64,000 bases of DNA from Octopus vulgaris (Eukaryota), in the NCBI GenBank assembly GCA_951406725.2, contig OX597827.1, positions 52,638,001 through 52,702,000 of the forward strand, read 5' to 3'. Each line of letters starts with the position of its first letter. Position 1 is the first letter of the stretch. Positions 50,925 to 64,000 of the stretch are shown here, piece by piece. Position numbers and translations under genes: made by a program. The notes beneath the pieces were generated by a model that saw nothing but the letters and a program-made list of their open reading frames with translations, searched no databases and had not been told where the DNA came from.

Positions 50925-51480
50925 TCATCATCATCATCATTTAGCCCCTGTTTTCCATACTGGTATGGGTAAGATGGTTTGACTGAAGCTGGTAAGCACT
51001 ATACTCCAGTCTGTTTTGGTTTGCCTTCAATGATTGGATGCCCTTCCTAATCACTACTCCAGAGCATACTGGAGACATTTTATGTGTCACCAGTATGGGT
51101 ACCTTTCATGTGTGCCCAGCACTGGCCATGACGATTTCACTTAGCTTGACATGTCTTCTTAAGCACAGCAAATTACCGTAAGTCATGGTCACTTGTCATT
51201 GCCTCCATGAGATTCAACAACTAAAGATCATATTTCACCACTTTGTCCCATGTCTTATTGGGTCTATTTCTTCCACAGTTAGAGATAAGCACTTCTTTAT
51301 GTAGCTGTCCTTGTCCATACACATCACATGACCATACTAGTGCAGTCTTCTCTTTTGCACACTACATCTGATGCCTCTTATACCTAATTTTTCTCTTAAG
51401 ACACTCTGTCGTACAAGCACACTGACATTGCACATCCAGGGGAGCATACCAGACTCATTTCTTTCAAGCCTTCACATGTC
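50925..51480 (-). mobile_element. RTE-type LINE 3' end with (GAT)n tail
   Basis: RRLH*YGHVMCMD..RPNKTWDKVVKYDL runs into the shared 3' UTR (TTAGGAAGGGCATCCA...ATGGAAA...AAATGATGATGAT). Confidence 0.75.
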
Positions 51481-53132
51481 CTCTTATAACTAAATTAATT
51501 ACTATTATCCCACTGCAACATGTGTGTTCAACACAAAGTTATCACAAGTAATTTCATTCATTTTTCCAGTGAAGAAAACTCATCAATATACAACAGTAGT
51601 GTAATAAAGATTATTTAACAGATGCTGATTATTTTGGAAAAAAAGTTTCTTGGGAAACCATCTCAGTATGGAATAGTTTTAGAAAACAGATTTGTATTTA
51701 GAAAAAAAAAAAAACCCCACTGAAAGCAATGCTAACAATAGCATGTTTATGTTGAGTTTGTAGTATAACAGCTGTAGCAGGGATTACAGAGCAGAAGTAA
51801 TAAAAAAAAGTCAAGAGGGAAAACTTTATTGGCTATAAATCAATGTATGGCAGACTGATCAAGCTAGTTAAGTAACAATTTCCCAAAATTGCTTTTTTAT
51901 ATGCGAGTAGGGAGTGAGAGACATAATGAAGTAATATATATAACACCGACTTCTGAGATAAAATAATTCCACAGGCTGTTATTCAAACACAAGGCATGAG
52001 AAGTCTTCAAACTTTGATATATTTTATTACTGGTGTGATTATAAGCCAGACTGGCTTGCCCTCTCTCCCTCAAAGCTAGTCATAGGAGTAGGAATAGTAG
52101 TATTCAACTATAAAGATTCTAACTAAGTTTTATGAAATACAATGTCAAGATTGAATCATGGAAAGCTGCTGTCATCTCATTCCGGAATGGAAAGATAGAT
52201 CAAAGCTGATGATGAAGTTTCAATCCCTTGAGAAACCATTCTTTACTACATCTGAACATTATAAAGTATGAAGGTTCCAAACTTTCCAGCATCCATATTA
52301 CTAACTCCAAATCTGAGATCATACAAAACAGTTTATAATATTTCAAAGTGTGCTTCAAGAACAATTGTAACAAGAAACAGGCTACGCTCTTCTTTATAAG
52401 ATATAGAAAGTCAACTCTAAGTGACAGAAAATAGTAAATGGAGAACTAGAGAGATACAAGAAAAGAGTATAGTTAAGGAAACATATGGAAAATAGTTGTA
52501 AGAGAGATGTTTGTATGGGAAATTGTTTGTGTGTCCTTTCTTTTTAAGATGGTAGGGTGTGGTTTGAAGGAGACTTCTTTGCTATTCTGAGCAAGCTAAG
52601 TGACCAAGTAGAGGCTCCCTCATATTTTGTATAGTAAGTTATATTAAGTGTATTGTATATTATGTAATACAATCTTTTGTTATTCCAGATTTTGAATATC
52701 TGTAAACACTGCTGCTCTTAGTGGTGATCAACATAAATTTCTAACATATATGTAGAACTCTAGTTTCTATGTGTTTAGAAAAATACTTAAAGACTGAAAT
52801 AGAATAAGTGAATATTAAGAATACAGGTAATATATGATTGACAAGTGTTTTGTTAACTTGCAGCTTTATAGTTGGATCAATCCATGGAAAATAAGAAACA
52901 ACCAGGTTATTGGATACATCCCAGGTTATTGGATACAATTATTTTCAGTTAGAATGGTTCAGGCTGATGCTATACTGATAACTTTGGAATTGAGTATATG
53001 AGTCTGTATACCAGCGCTATTATTTGTCAAGCAACATACTACTTGATAAAGAATATTTTCAGAATGACCTTTGTTAATTATATCATATATAAACTGGGAT
53101 GTAAGCCTATTTTTATAGGTTAAAAAAAAATG

Positions 53133-53289
53133 AGGTGTGGCTGTGTGGTGAGAAGCTTCCTTCCCAACCACATGGTTCCAAGTTCAGTCCCACTGTGTAG
53201 CACCTTGGGCAAGTGTCTTTTACTATAGGCTCAGGCAGACCAAAGCCTTGTGAGTGAATTTGGTAGACAAAGACTGGAAGAAGTCCATC

Positions 53290-53325
<36 letters not shown>

Positions 53326-53545
53326 GCATATATCTGTGTGTATGTCTGTGCCCCCCCACCACTGCTTGACAACCAGTGGTGGTGTGTTTACGTCCCTGTA
53401 ACTTAGCAGTTTAGCAAAAGAGACTGAGAGCAAGAGTACAAGGCTTTATAGAATAAGTCCTGGGGTCGATATGTTTGACTAAAACCTTTCAAGACAGTGT
53501 CCCAGCATAGACGCAGTTTAATGACTGAAACAAGTTAAAAATAAA
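53133..53545 (+). mobile_element. SINE family B
   Basis: Same architecture as the other family B copies. Confidence 0.85.
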
Positions 53546-53589
53546 AAAAGATAGCAAGAAAATAATAGTAATAAAAAGTGTCATACATT

Positions 53590-53880
53590 AAGCTATATTT
53601 TCTACACTAACCAGAATCTCACCTTTTCCTTCTGTTTCTACAAAAGTCTGCCTCATTAGGTTTTTTTCTCTTCCAGTACAAAGTCTACTCACTATATCAA
53701 ATTTTCTATTTCCTACCATTTCTCTGTAAAACATTTGTAAATTTTTTTTTTGAAGTTTTTCCTCGAAAATTGCACTGCTCTGCAAGTTCTTTTCTGTTCA
53801 AGTATTTTCCAGACCACTTACCTCCAAATCTAGTAACAAATGCTACACTTGACCAATTTCTGTTTCCTAATACAAGTAAA
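53590..53880 (-). mobile_element. Decayed R4-like LINE reverse-transcriptase-region remnant
   Basis: TEGKGEILVSVEN resembles the R4 'EGGRGLISVED' motif; heavily degraded. Confidence 0.35.
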
Positions 53881-56800
53881 ATGTTATGACATGTAAGAAA
53901 TGATTACTACATATAACTATAGCAGCCACCTAGACAGACTATCAAAATAATCCTCTAAAGTAAATACTAGTAGAGTTATTCTCACAGACAGTAAACTCAC
54001 AAGACTATAGTTAAGTGAGTCATCACAACGGTAAATGTCAGAATTAGTTAACTGACTAATAGCCAATATATACCTCAATATTCATAAGGCAATTCTCAGG
54101 TGGAATTCAGCAAGGCTGAACTTTTGAACTGCGGATACAATACAATCTAACTGATGGATATCCAAACAGTTTCTGTTTACCTTATTTCATTAATAAAGCT
54201 TAGGTTAACTGGAGGCTATGGTAAATAACACCAGCCCAAGATACCTTGCAGTGGTTATGATCTTGTGGTTATGAAGTGAACTTCTTAGCTTATTACGAAA
54301 CTGACCAAGATTGACCCCACCCCATACCCAAGTTTATTTAGGGCAATTAAAAGCAAAATAGAACAAGGAAATGAGAAAATTATAGAATCAAATCTCTTCA
54401 AATTGGCAAAATCTGACTAAAGTAAAAATATAGTCTTGATAAATGTTATTAGACATAATGAAGTATAAGTTGTAAGTGAGACTGTGTTCAAATACAGCTA
54501 CTGACATTTTGTACCATTAAGTACAATACATAGCTTTGCACCTGGTTGTAAAGTACATACAACTCTCACTTCATTGTTGTGTGGTTAACATTTATTATAG
54601 ATGTCTAATAGTTGTTGAATCACACAGAAGGTTCGAGAATAAAAAAAGGAAGAAGACAACAAAATGTTAAAAGGAAATGTTAGAAGAAACTGAAATGTCA
54701 TGTTTCTACAGGATATTCTCATTTAAATTTAGAATAGAAAACAAGCAAGCACAGAAGAAAAAGGGAAAAAAAAAAAAAAAAGATTTGCACAGTTGGATAG
54801 TCTTGGCAAATTTTGCAAACAAAATATAGAGACACAAAATATTTGGATATTTTAACATCGGTGTAAAAATAGAAATAAAATGAATATGCTTAAGAAAGTG
54901 AGTAAACTATTTTTATAAAAATTCAACATTTATTATTATATAATATCATACATACTTAATGTTTCTATGCTGCCATTTCTAACAAATTTATTTTTGACCT
55001 TTCCCAACAACAATTATTTTATATTTTCCTAATTTATAAAACATAATTTTTAGATACTTCGTAATTATAAAATCGATGTTCACAGAGACAAAATATGCTG
55101 CAATGCACAGTCTATTGAACCACGGGACTGGTTTGTAAGCTTCTGTCCATGGAATCTCTAAATACACCATGTTAATCATACTATTATTAGATTTCTTTTT
55201 AGAATGTTTTTAATTTTGAAATAATATAATGTCCATTTTTGAAGGAATACATAATGGCTGTGTAAAAATAATTGATTATTTTTTTATACTATTACATGTA
55301 CAACTCTCTCTCTCTCTCTATATATATATATGAGAGAGAGAGAGCTGGGGAAGAGAGATATAAATGAATATAATCTATATAAAGATATTCTATTCAAAGA
55401 ACATACATAATGCATATAGTATGAATGAATTTCTAATTATAAGTACTGAATTTATGTAACTATTGCTCGGTTGCTCGAATAGAGTTTTATGAAATATCCA
55501 CTCAAATAACTTGACCATAAAATTTAGCCAGCATCAAATCATAAACTGGTAACATACAGATATGAGTTTCTTACAACCAAATTAGCAATAATCACTTTCA
55601 AGAGAAAGGAAAACAAATTCACTAATGATGACATTATTCATCAGAATAGTGAAGAATAAAAATTATTGAATGAGTTAGCAGAATGGAAACCGGAAAATGG
55701 AGAGGAATAAGAGAACAAGGAATATTAAAAATTAATAATAAATGTCAGGTACTTTTATTAAGTCTGAAAAAGATGATTCGAGCAAATGCACACATACTCA
55801 CATATATAATATTAAAAAAAAAAAAAAAGAAAAGAAAAGAAAACTAGTGTTTGAGGAAAGATAAAAAATTAACAAGAGCAGAACTGACAAACAGATTTTG
55901 ATTCAAATGAAATCAAAAGAAACATCCAATATCTGAATAAAGGTTTTGTATAAATAAAAAAAAATAGTGAAATCACCAAATCATAATTAGATTTGAAATG
56001 GAAAGAGAAAAACGAGGAAGAGGGAGTGGGGAGAAAGGTAGAGAAAATAAGCATAATAGGGGGTAAAGGAAGCATGAATAGGAAAACTGAAGCAGACACA
56101 AGTTCTCATGATGGACAGCACACTTTATTAACAATGTTGACCAGAAATGATAATATAAAACTTGACATATAATTAGATTGCTCCTTATAGATTATTCACA
56201 TTCCAGCATCAAATAGTGAGCTTAATCATATTATGTCATTGGGAAAGCAGAACTAAGCAGCAGACATGTCTGCCCAAAGAGGCATACTGTAAGAGTCACA
56301 ACACCAATTCTGTAGTAATTATAGATACATTGTGAGCTGGAAAACTGCAGACATTATTAATGACAACAATGACAACAACAACAGTGACTCAGTAATGAGA
56401 GTTATAACAAAAAAGAAAAGAATACCAAGCGATAACAGTAACAATAGTTACAGCAACATAACATTTGAGGATCTACTCACACTTACGTCATAGACCCCCA
56501 AATTTCATGTTGGTCCTTATTATACTAGATTTATACATGTATGTATATCGTTATGCATGTTTGGGCATGTGTATATGTGTTTTCAGGCGTATGAATGTGT
56601 ATACACTCTAAATGTATTTATATTTCCTCTATGCATTTGTTACAGCTAAATCAGTGTGAAGAGAGTAAATCAATCATAGAAAGGTATTCTATGCAGGTGA
56701 GAATGTACTAGGTAATTAACAGGTAAGAACCCCACTCTCAGCTATATCAGTATGAAGGTAGGGAGAAAATATTTTCATTTCAGATTAGGTTAAAATTTTT

Positions 56801-57275
56801 AAAACATACAAAGAATAAAAAAAAAATTTTTTTTAATCAGTCGCAGACTTAGTTGCTGGGCACTACCAGGGTGTGAACAATATTAAATGGTGTAGACAAA
56901 ATATGAGCGGTAGGGGTTATACGACATATGAATATGGTGATATAAATTATGAAATGGTAGATCTATACATATGCTCAGAAAGATAAGACAGGACACAAAC
57001 ATAAATTATAATCTCTCTCTCTCTCTCTCTCACACCCACCCACACACATATACACATACACGGATGACATTGTGGTATATTTAACACACGAAACAATAAA
57101 GCTACAACCATATTCACTTGCCCCCACACAAAGAGACACAGAAGTGTGTACATAGTGATGAATGTATCCACTCACTCGCATCTCCAACCAAAAATTCATA
57201 CAAATATATAAGCATAGATTTCTTTCTATTTTTTTGTATTTGTCTCTTGCTGCATCCACAACCAACAAAGGTAAA

Positions 57276-57331
<56 letters not shown>

Positions 57332-57446
57332 CACTGAACTTGAATTGTCAAAGCACACACATACACATACACATGACATTTATATAATATGCAACAAAAT
57401 AATTCTAAAGAAGCATCCAAGGTTGAAGATGAGGATTAGCTCCTAC

Positions 57447-57478
57447 CTGCACTGCTGTGGGAGGAAGATCGAAGTCAT
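57447..57478 (-). CDS. Putative first coding exon of host gene (MTSIFLPQQC + AG of split Arg codon)
   Basis: Minus strand reads ATG ACT TCG ATC TTC CTC CCA CAG CAG TGC AG|GTAGGA. The phase-2 donor matches the phase-2 acceptor at 31431. The frame stays open upstream to a TAG at 57590-57592. Confidence 0.6.
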
Positions 57479-58170
57479 ACCAGCAACAATGGACACAGAT
57501 GAGTGATTAAAGTCCAAACAAGGAAAGGAAAGGGCTTCTTCTATCAGTAAGTCATTTATGTCAGTCGCCCAGCTTCCCGGATTAACAATCTACTTCAAAT
57601 ATGGATGAGTGGAACAAAAAAGAAAGACTTTTTTTAGACCGAAAAACAATTTCAAGGTGTTGGTTTGTTGGCTTCGTTGTTGTTGTTGTTTGATTTGCTT
57701 GTTTTTCTTTTTGAATAAGAAAAGAGAGGGTTTGTTTTTCCCTTTTGTAATGTATTATTGTTGTTGTAATTATTGTCTTTGTAGTTCTTTCACCTTGCAA
57801 AAAACAAAAGCAGGAAAATTCGACGTGGCTAAGCTCCTACTGTCAACACTGTCACTGTTGTCATTCGATGAAAATCAATCGGTCTTTGATGTTCAATGTG
57901 ATGGCAACAAAGAAAGGAGAGAGGAAAGGAAAAGAAGTGACACAGCAGCAGCGGGCGAGACGTGCCGGACACTGCGGGTCCTTCTCACACTGCCCAGTGG
58001 AATCACTGTCAAAGAGAAAATGCAACTGACAGCAGCAGCAGAAGGAAGAGGAGAGGGAGAAAGGACAGGAAAGGAGAAAAGAGAGGAAGGAGTTGGAGAG
58101 AGAGGGAGAGGATTGTTAGCTGCAGTCAATGCAGAAGCAGAACTGAGAGCGAGGCCATGTAACAGATAGA
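57479..58170 (-). promoter_or_regulatory. Putative core promoter / 5' UTR of host gene
   Basis: Non-repetitive, CT-rich stretch with retained CpGs. Two TCAGTT initiator-like hexamers on the minus strand (58141-58146, 58024-58029). Leads into the exon ending at 57447. Confidence 0.45.
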
Positions 58171-58749
58171 AACAGTTATTTCCTATGATATACAACTTTA
58201 GAGAAATTATGCATGCACTCTCTCTCTCTTTCCCTCTCTCATGTGTGTGAGAGAGAGGGTGTGAAACAATGCATATCTTATACACACACACACACACACA
58301 AGTGCTTCAAAGAGAAGCAAATGCTAAGCAGGCACACAATAGCTTGCCTTACTGATTGGAACAATTTCAACTGAAGAAGATCAATAATAAAGCAGAGAAT
58401 AGAAAAGAGGAAAATAATTGAATGAAAGAAAGAGAGAAGGAGGAGAGCAGTGGAAAGGGCAAAACATACGCAAAAGGGAAAAGATAGAGAGATAGAAAGG
58501 ATAAGAAGAGGTGCGAAGAAAGTGAGATGACAAATGAATGAAGGAGAATATAAAGCAAAAAATAAAGACCTTTAAAAAATCAGTAAAGAAAGTAAAAATG
58601 GGAAAAAATATGAAGAAAACAAATCATCACCATCATTATTATTTAACATCCGTCTTCTATGCTAGCATCAGTTTGACCGGGGTCTGGGAAGCCAGGAGGC
58701 TGCACCAGGCTCAGTCTGATCTGGCAGTGTTTCTACAGCTGGATGCCCT

Positions 58750-58970
58750 ATAATCCTTTCTACTGAAGGCACAAGGCCTGAAATTTATGGGAAGGGAACT
58801 AGTCCATTACACTGACCCCAGTGTTTCACTTGTACTTAATTTATTGACCCAGAAAGGATGAAAGGCACAGTCGACCTTGGTGGAATTTGAACTCAGAATG
58901 TAAAGATGGACAAAATGCCACTTAAGCATTTTGCCCAGCATGCTAACAATTCTGCCAGCTTGCTGCCTTA
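58750..58970 (-). mobile_element. SINE family A
   Basis: Same core on the minus strand. Further partial copies at about 46605-46725, 47645-47790, 59230-59370 and 61200-61330. Confidence 0.85.
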
Positions 58971-61900
58971 ATATTAATAATAATAAATTCTGTGCAGTGA
59001 CACTGAACCCAGGACCACATAGTTGGGAAGCAAGCTTCTTAACCACAGAAGGAAGGGCAGTGCCCATGACCTTTCAAAAAGTCTTCAAAATTGGTGAAGG
59101 AGAAGGAGGAAAGAATCCTCTAAAAGTCAAGTAGGTATAATGAAATTTGAAAAAAGAACGCAATGAGCTGGAACAAATATTGCAAGGCATCTCATCCAAT
59201 GCTCTAATGTTTCTTCAGTTTATTGTCCTACACTGGTACTTAATTTCTTAACCATGAAAAGACAAAAGGTAAAGTTGGCTTCAGTGGGTTTTAAACTTAT
59301 AACACAAGGTGCCAGAATAAATACCTCAAAGCATTTCAACCAATGCTCTAATAATGGCTAATTCACCACCCATTTACTTATTGATAACGTATATGTGTGT
59401 TTATTAGTATATCATTGTATATGCATGTTGTATTATAAATATCTGTATATATGTGTATATTATTACTGATTTGACTCAGGTTTGGTCTTATTCCTAGTAA
59501 GATTTATGAGGGTAGCAGGTTACTACCTGTAACCTTAGGTATCCACTAGCTTTCAATACTCTATTATTGTTATTCACTTAACTGATTTATCTATGGCTAT
59601 GTCACTTCTAAGCTCCATCCTGCAGTGCTTTCCTCAACGCATGATCTTTTCCAAATATCGCTGCCATCTGAAAACTTCCTAAGTTCGCCATTTACAGCTT
59701 TCGTTGCCAGAATATTGCTCCTTTTGAGATGGTTCTAAGTGTGCTGATCAGAATAAGTACTACACTCACTTTTGAGGCTCTATGGATTCTTTTCACTTCC
59801 AATTCTGGTACTTCCTGACTTCTGTGTCCTCTGTTTTAACAATATTTTAGTCTGTAGGTATAGCTACATCAATGCAGGTCCATTCTTTGGACATTGTCAG
59901 AAGGAGGGTGATATCTGGTTGTTAGTGAAGACAATGTATGAGTGTTCAGCTTTTATGCTGAATGACCTGCACAAATGATTTGTTTAGAGTGATCAAATGT
60001 ATGTGCTATAGATTAGTTCACTCCCTCCATCAAATCGAAGTTGCCTGAGCAGGTGCACCGTGTACCACTAGTCAGATGTCGAGTTGATCACAGAGTGACA
60101 CGAGATGAAGTGTTTTGCTCCAGAACACAAAACACCACCTGATCTAGGGACTGAGACCATTATCTTGCTATTATGAGTACAACACCATAACCACTAGGTC
60201 ATGTAGCCTAACGCTATTATTATTATTTTGTTGAAGAAATTTGTGAAAATAGGTTAAAACTTAAGAAACATTTTTTTTAACAATCTGAACAGCTTAGATA
60301 CAAAAATAGCAATAATTATGATTTCTTTATTCAATTTTAATAATGATGATCAGTAACAATCAAAATAATAATAAAGCATTAAAATCTAAATCAAATTATT
60401 TGAAAAGACATTTATAATTTCTTACATTTAACTCTTTGTCTGCTCAAAGTATTTTCTTAAGTTTGTCCTAAACAACCATATCTGACTATTAGTTAACCCT
60501 TGTTTTATGTCCTTGGTAATATAAAACTTGCCTTTCATACGTCCTAAATTATTCAGGTGGTTGAAAAAAAATTGGGAATGTGTATCATATATGATGCATG
60601 GACATCAGGAAAATGTATCCTGTGTATCACATATGATACACAAGATAGACAAAAGATTAATATAATGCCACATGCACAGACTTATAATGAAAAGAATTAG
60701 TTGACTGAATCAGCCTCAGTGCATGACTGTCTAATTAACCTTACAATGTCATTCTAAAAATTGATAGTTACCTCATCAAAATCTCATATGTACAAGATAA
60801 TGCATGATTAATTCAAAGCAACGAGAATAAATAAACACGGCATTTGACAGATGCCAACGGGTTAAGTGTTCATTTCTTTCTGGGAAACCTTTTAATTGAT
60901 TTATTTTCATACAGGGAACCTACGTGTTCCAACTAACAGAGTTAAGCTCAGTCATAAATCTCCCCACTCCAATTCCATATACAATCCTACAAGTTTTAAA
61001 AGATGATAAAAATAAATCTAATCATTTTTTTTTAACAAAGGGACACCTAAAGTCATTATTTGGCCAAATGATACCCACTGCCATAGATTCTGCCAGAGAC
61101 TTAGCTAGATTACATTTTTGGTGTTTAAAGAAACTAAAGTGGCACAACCCCTCTATTAGCAGCTTTTATCCACTTCAGTGAGAAGGCTTGGAAAATTAAC
61201 CCTATTACTTGATTTGTATTTTGTTTATCTCCTCCAAAAAGGACCACAGGTTAAAGTTAACCTTAGTGGCATTTGAACTTAGAGCACAGAGAGGCAGAAC
61301 TAATACCGCAAGACATTGCACCTGTTATCCTAATAACCTTTGCCCGTTCACCATTTATCTGATCAATGAAATAACATTCATCAGAAACAGTTTTCACCTT
61401 AAATGATTCATAGACTTGCTGCATCTGCAGCAACATCAATATCCATGATTGCAGCAACGGAAGTAATAATTTTGGACAACTGTTATTTGAGTCCACATGC
61501 TATAAATAGAAGAAAGTGGTTGTGTGGTAAGAAGATTGCCTCTCAACTACATGACCTTGGGTTCAGTTCTACAGTGTGGAACTTCAGGCATATGTCTTTG
61601 CTTCATGAAAATTAAAGGAAGCCCATCATATATGTACTTGTGTGTGGTTGTGTTGTTACTGTCTCCTTTCTTTGACATAGCATAATTGTTGTGAGTATCA
61701 CTGTCATGCAAGCAGTGTTCTTTGTTTTCAATCTTCTGACAGATGGTTGATTACGGGGAAAACACTTTACTTGAAAACAGGTGAGGGTTGACAACAAGAG
61801 CATTTAGCCATAGAAAATCTTCCTCAACAAATCCCATCTGATCCACATCAGCAGAGAATGTGAATGTTAAACTATGATAATGAAGGGATTTATTCTATTT

Positions 61901-62059
61901 GATATAAAAGTAGTGTTTCTTTCTCTGGGATTTTATTTTATGTGATGTAAGCAGAAAGGGAATAAAGAAAAATATCATCAATAATAATTTAGATCTGAGG
62001 TTAGACATTGATGACTATAGATGTGAGAGAGTTAATTGTGAATAGCTTTTCTTTTCTCT

Positions 62060-62440
62060 TTCTCTCTTTTATTCTTTTACTTGAATCAGTCATTTGACTG
62101 TGGCTATGCTGGAGAGCCACCTTAAAGGGTTTTAGTTGAAGAAATAGACCCCAAGTCTTATTCTTTGTAAGTCTAGTACTAATTATATTGGTTTCTTTTG
62201 CCAAACCACAAAGTTACAGGAACATAAACACACCAGCATCAGTTGTCAAGCGATGATGAGGGGCAAATACAAACCCACACACACACAAATATATATATAT
62301 ACATGACAGACTTCTTACAGTTTCTGTCTATCAAATCCACTCACAAGGCTTAGGCCGGCCTGAAGCTATAGTAGAAGACTGAACCTGGAATCATGTGGTT
62401 GGTAAGCAAGATTTGTACCATACAGCCATGCTTGAGCCTA
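62060..62440 (-). mobile_element. SINE family B (inverted); a variant plus-strand copy lies at about 61515-61880
   Basis: Reverse complement of the family B tail, body and head. Confidence 0.8.
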
Positions 62441-62579
62441 TACTGTAAGAAATCAATCTATTCTTGATTGCCTTTTGAAAGTTCATGTTAGAAAGGTGTT
62501 GTTTAGTCTCCACTTAAACTCTGAAATAAAGAAGGCAGCCTGGTTGTAACCCCTCTCCAACACTTTCCCCCCTGACATG

Positions 62580-62905
62580 AACTGGTACTCTGTCAGTTAT
62601 GATGATGAGGGTTCCAGCTGATCCAATCCACAGAACAGCCTGCTCATGATATTAACATGCAATTGGTTGAATACTCTACAGATACCTGTACCCATAACAT
62701 AGTTCTCAGGGAGATTCAGTGTGGCACAGAATGTGATGGGGATGACTCTTTGAAACATAGGCACTACTCATTTTTACCAGATGAGTGAACTGCAGCAACA
62801 TGAAATAAAAGAGTATTGCTCAAGGACAACATACACTGCTGGGAATCAAACTCCTGACCTTATGTTCATGAACCTAATATCCTAACCACTAAGCCATGCA
62901 CCTTC
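62580..62905 (-). mobile_element. SINE family C, older copy
   Basis: Aligns by eye to 46210-46588 (GATGAGGGT.CCAGCTGAT, GAGATTCAG.GTG.CACAGA, CTGGGAATC.AAAC). Confidence 0.75.
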
Positions 62906-63326
62906 ATTATCCTGACATAGTGTTATATAGGCCTATAATATCCAATATGTACTTACTATTCTAAGATGGTAGAATATTAGTTGAAGGCAATTAAGCTCTT
63001 ATTTCAAGTTGATTGACCAACATAAGAGAATGATTTTTCATATCAAAAGCAATGCAAAGATTAACTAACATCATCATTCCTAAAAGTTAATAGTAATGTT
63101 AATAATGAATCACTTAATGAAGTGTGCAAGAGAATTTTAATTAATGAAGACCCTCACTGCAATAAGGGGAGGAAAACATAGATCAACATACAATTCTTAT
63201 TGAAAAAGTTTCCAATTCACAATCAATTGAAATTAGAATTATGTATGTGGTAAGGATAAAAACAACAAAACATTAGCACAAGAAATGATATTAAATTAAT
63301 CTGATTTTTGATAAGCATGGCGACAA

Positions 63327-63366
63327 CTATGGACATGTTTTGCTCTTTTAGACCTCCTCAGCAAAG
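63327..63366 (-). ncRNA. Compact hammerhead ribozyme motif, decayed
   Basis: Minus: CTTTG CTGAGGA GGTC TAAAA GAGC AAAA CATG TC CATAG. Palindromic stem III CATG, GUC triplet, stem I 4/5 paired, G12>A. Confidence 0.55.
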
Positions 63367-64000
63367 TGTAGTTTTCAACCTACTTACCAGATCAGTAATA
63401 ATAAAATTAACATATGCAGCACATGGATTAACATAACAGTATAACATAATGAGTGAGGAAAATTGCCTAGGGATGTCATGTGTACAGAATACAATTAGTT
63501 AAGTCAGTATTAAGACTTCTCACAGCAAAGAGAGGAAAGCATTAGCTCAAAGCTTAAATCTGTTTGAGACAGCATGTATAACATCTTCAAAACCTAAAGT
63601 AATCAAAATGTTTCAAAATTAGACTAGAATTGATTGGAGTTGTCAATATGTTTGCAAAATATCAGTGTTTGTGCTAATGTTTGTTATTCCTTCCTTCACA
63701 GCATGAGTAATTCTTATGCTGAAAAATATTTGATAAACATTTATCCATTCACATACACATATATTAAGATGAATGTGGTTATATGCTGCTGTTAACTACT
63801 GAACCTTCCGTGCTCATTTATGTAGTATCACCATCTGTTAGTTGATATAGGTAGAAATTGTTCTCCAGCAGAGATATGCCACCTGTTATGACAGGGACCT
63901 GACACTATAAGTAACTCCTTGACAGGCTGCTGGGAAGTCTTCCCATGGCCACCAGCTTCAAGCTGGGCTACTTCGGAGAAATCAAAGTAGGGATTAGCAA

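Noticed and set aside
57609-58297. Longest ORFs in the track (186 aa plus strand, 134 aa minus strand)
   Set aside because: Low-complexity translations of GA/CT- and GTT-rich UTR-like sequence with non-ATG starts; no domain seen.
61355-61400. CTGATCA-ATGAA..TTCAT-CAGAAACAG hammerhead candidate
   Set aside because: Core mismatch and no stem I; compatible with chance.

Overview
AT-rich, CpG-depleted, repeat-dense animal genomic DNA. The SINE/LINE repertoire and microsatellite load resemble an octopus or other coleoid cephalopod (inferred, not proven). It is mostly very long intron sequence of one minus-strand protein-coding gene. Three phase-compatible exons were found (57447-57478, 31248-31431, 16020-16280); spliced, they give a 159-aa low-complexity N-terminus I cannot name. 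That peptide carries an FFAT-like acidic motif and a Cdc25A-like DSGxxxxSP phosphodegron. The introns hold tRNA-derived SINEs (at least 3 families), fragments of CR1, RTE, R4/Dong, L1/Tx1 and Gypsy retroelements, a Helitron helicase remnant, one full-length decayed mariner with TIRs and TA TSDs, a second mariner fragment, a piggyBac-type MITE and a foldback element. The strongest signal missing from the ORF track is a dispersed set of minimal type-I hammerhead ribozyme motifs (CUGANGA...GAAA-palindrome-UH). One has an intact core (7541-7630, sense to the host pre-mRNA), one is fused behind a tRNA-like Pol III head (28016-28196), and several have decayed by CpG-type mutation. A CpG-retaining island at about 42.4-44.5 kb looks like an internal, possibly bidirectional, promoter. 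Most ORF-track entries are spurious. Repeat boundaries were set by eye and are approximate.
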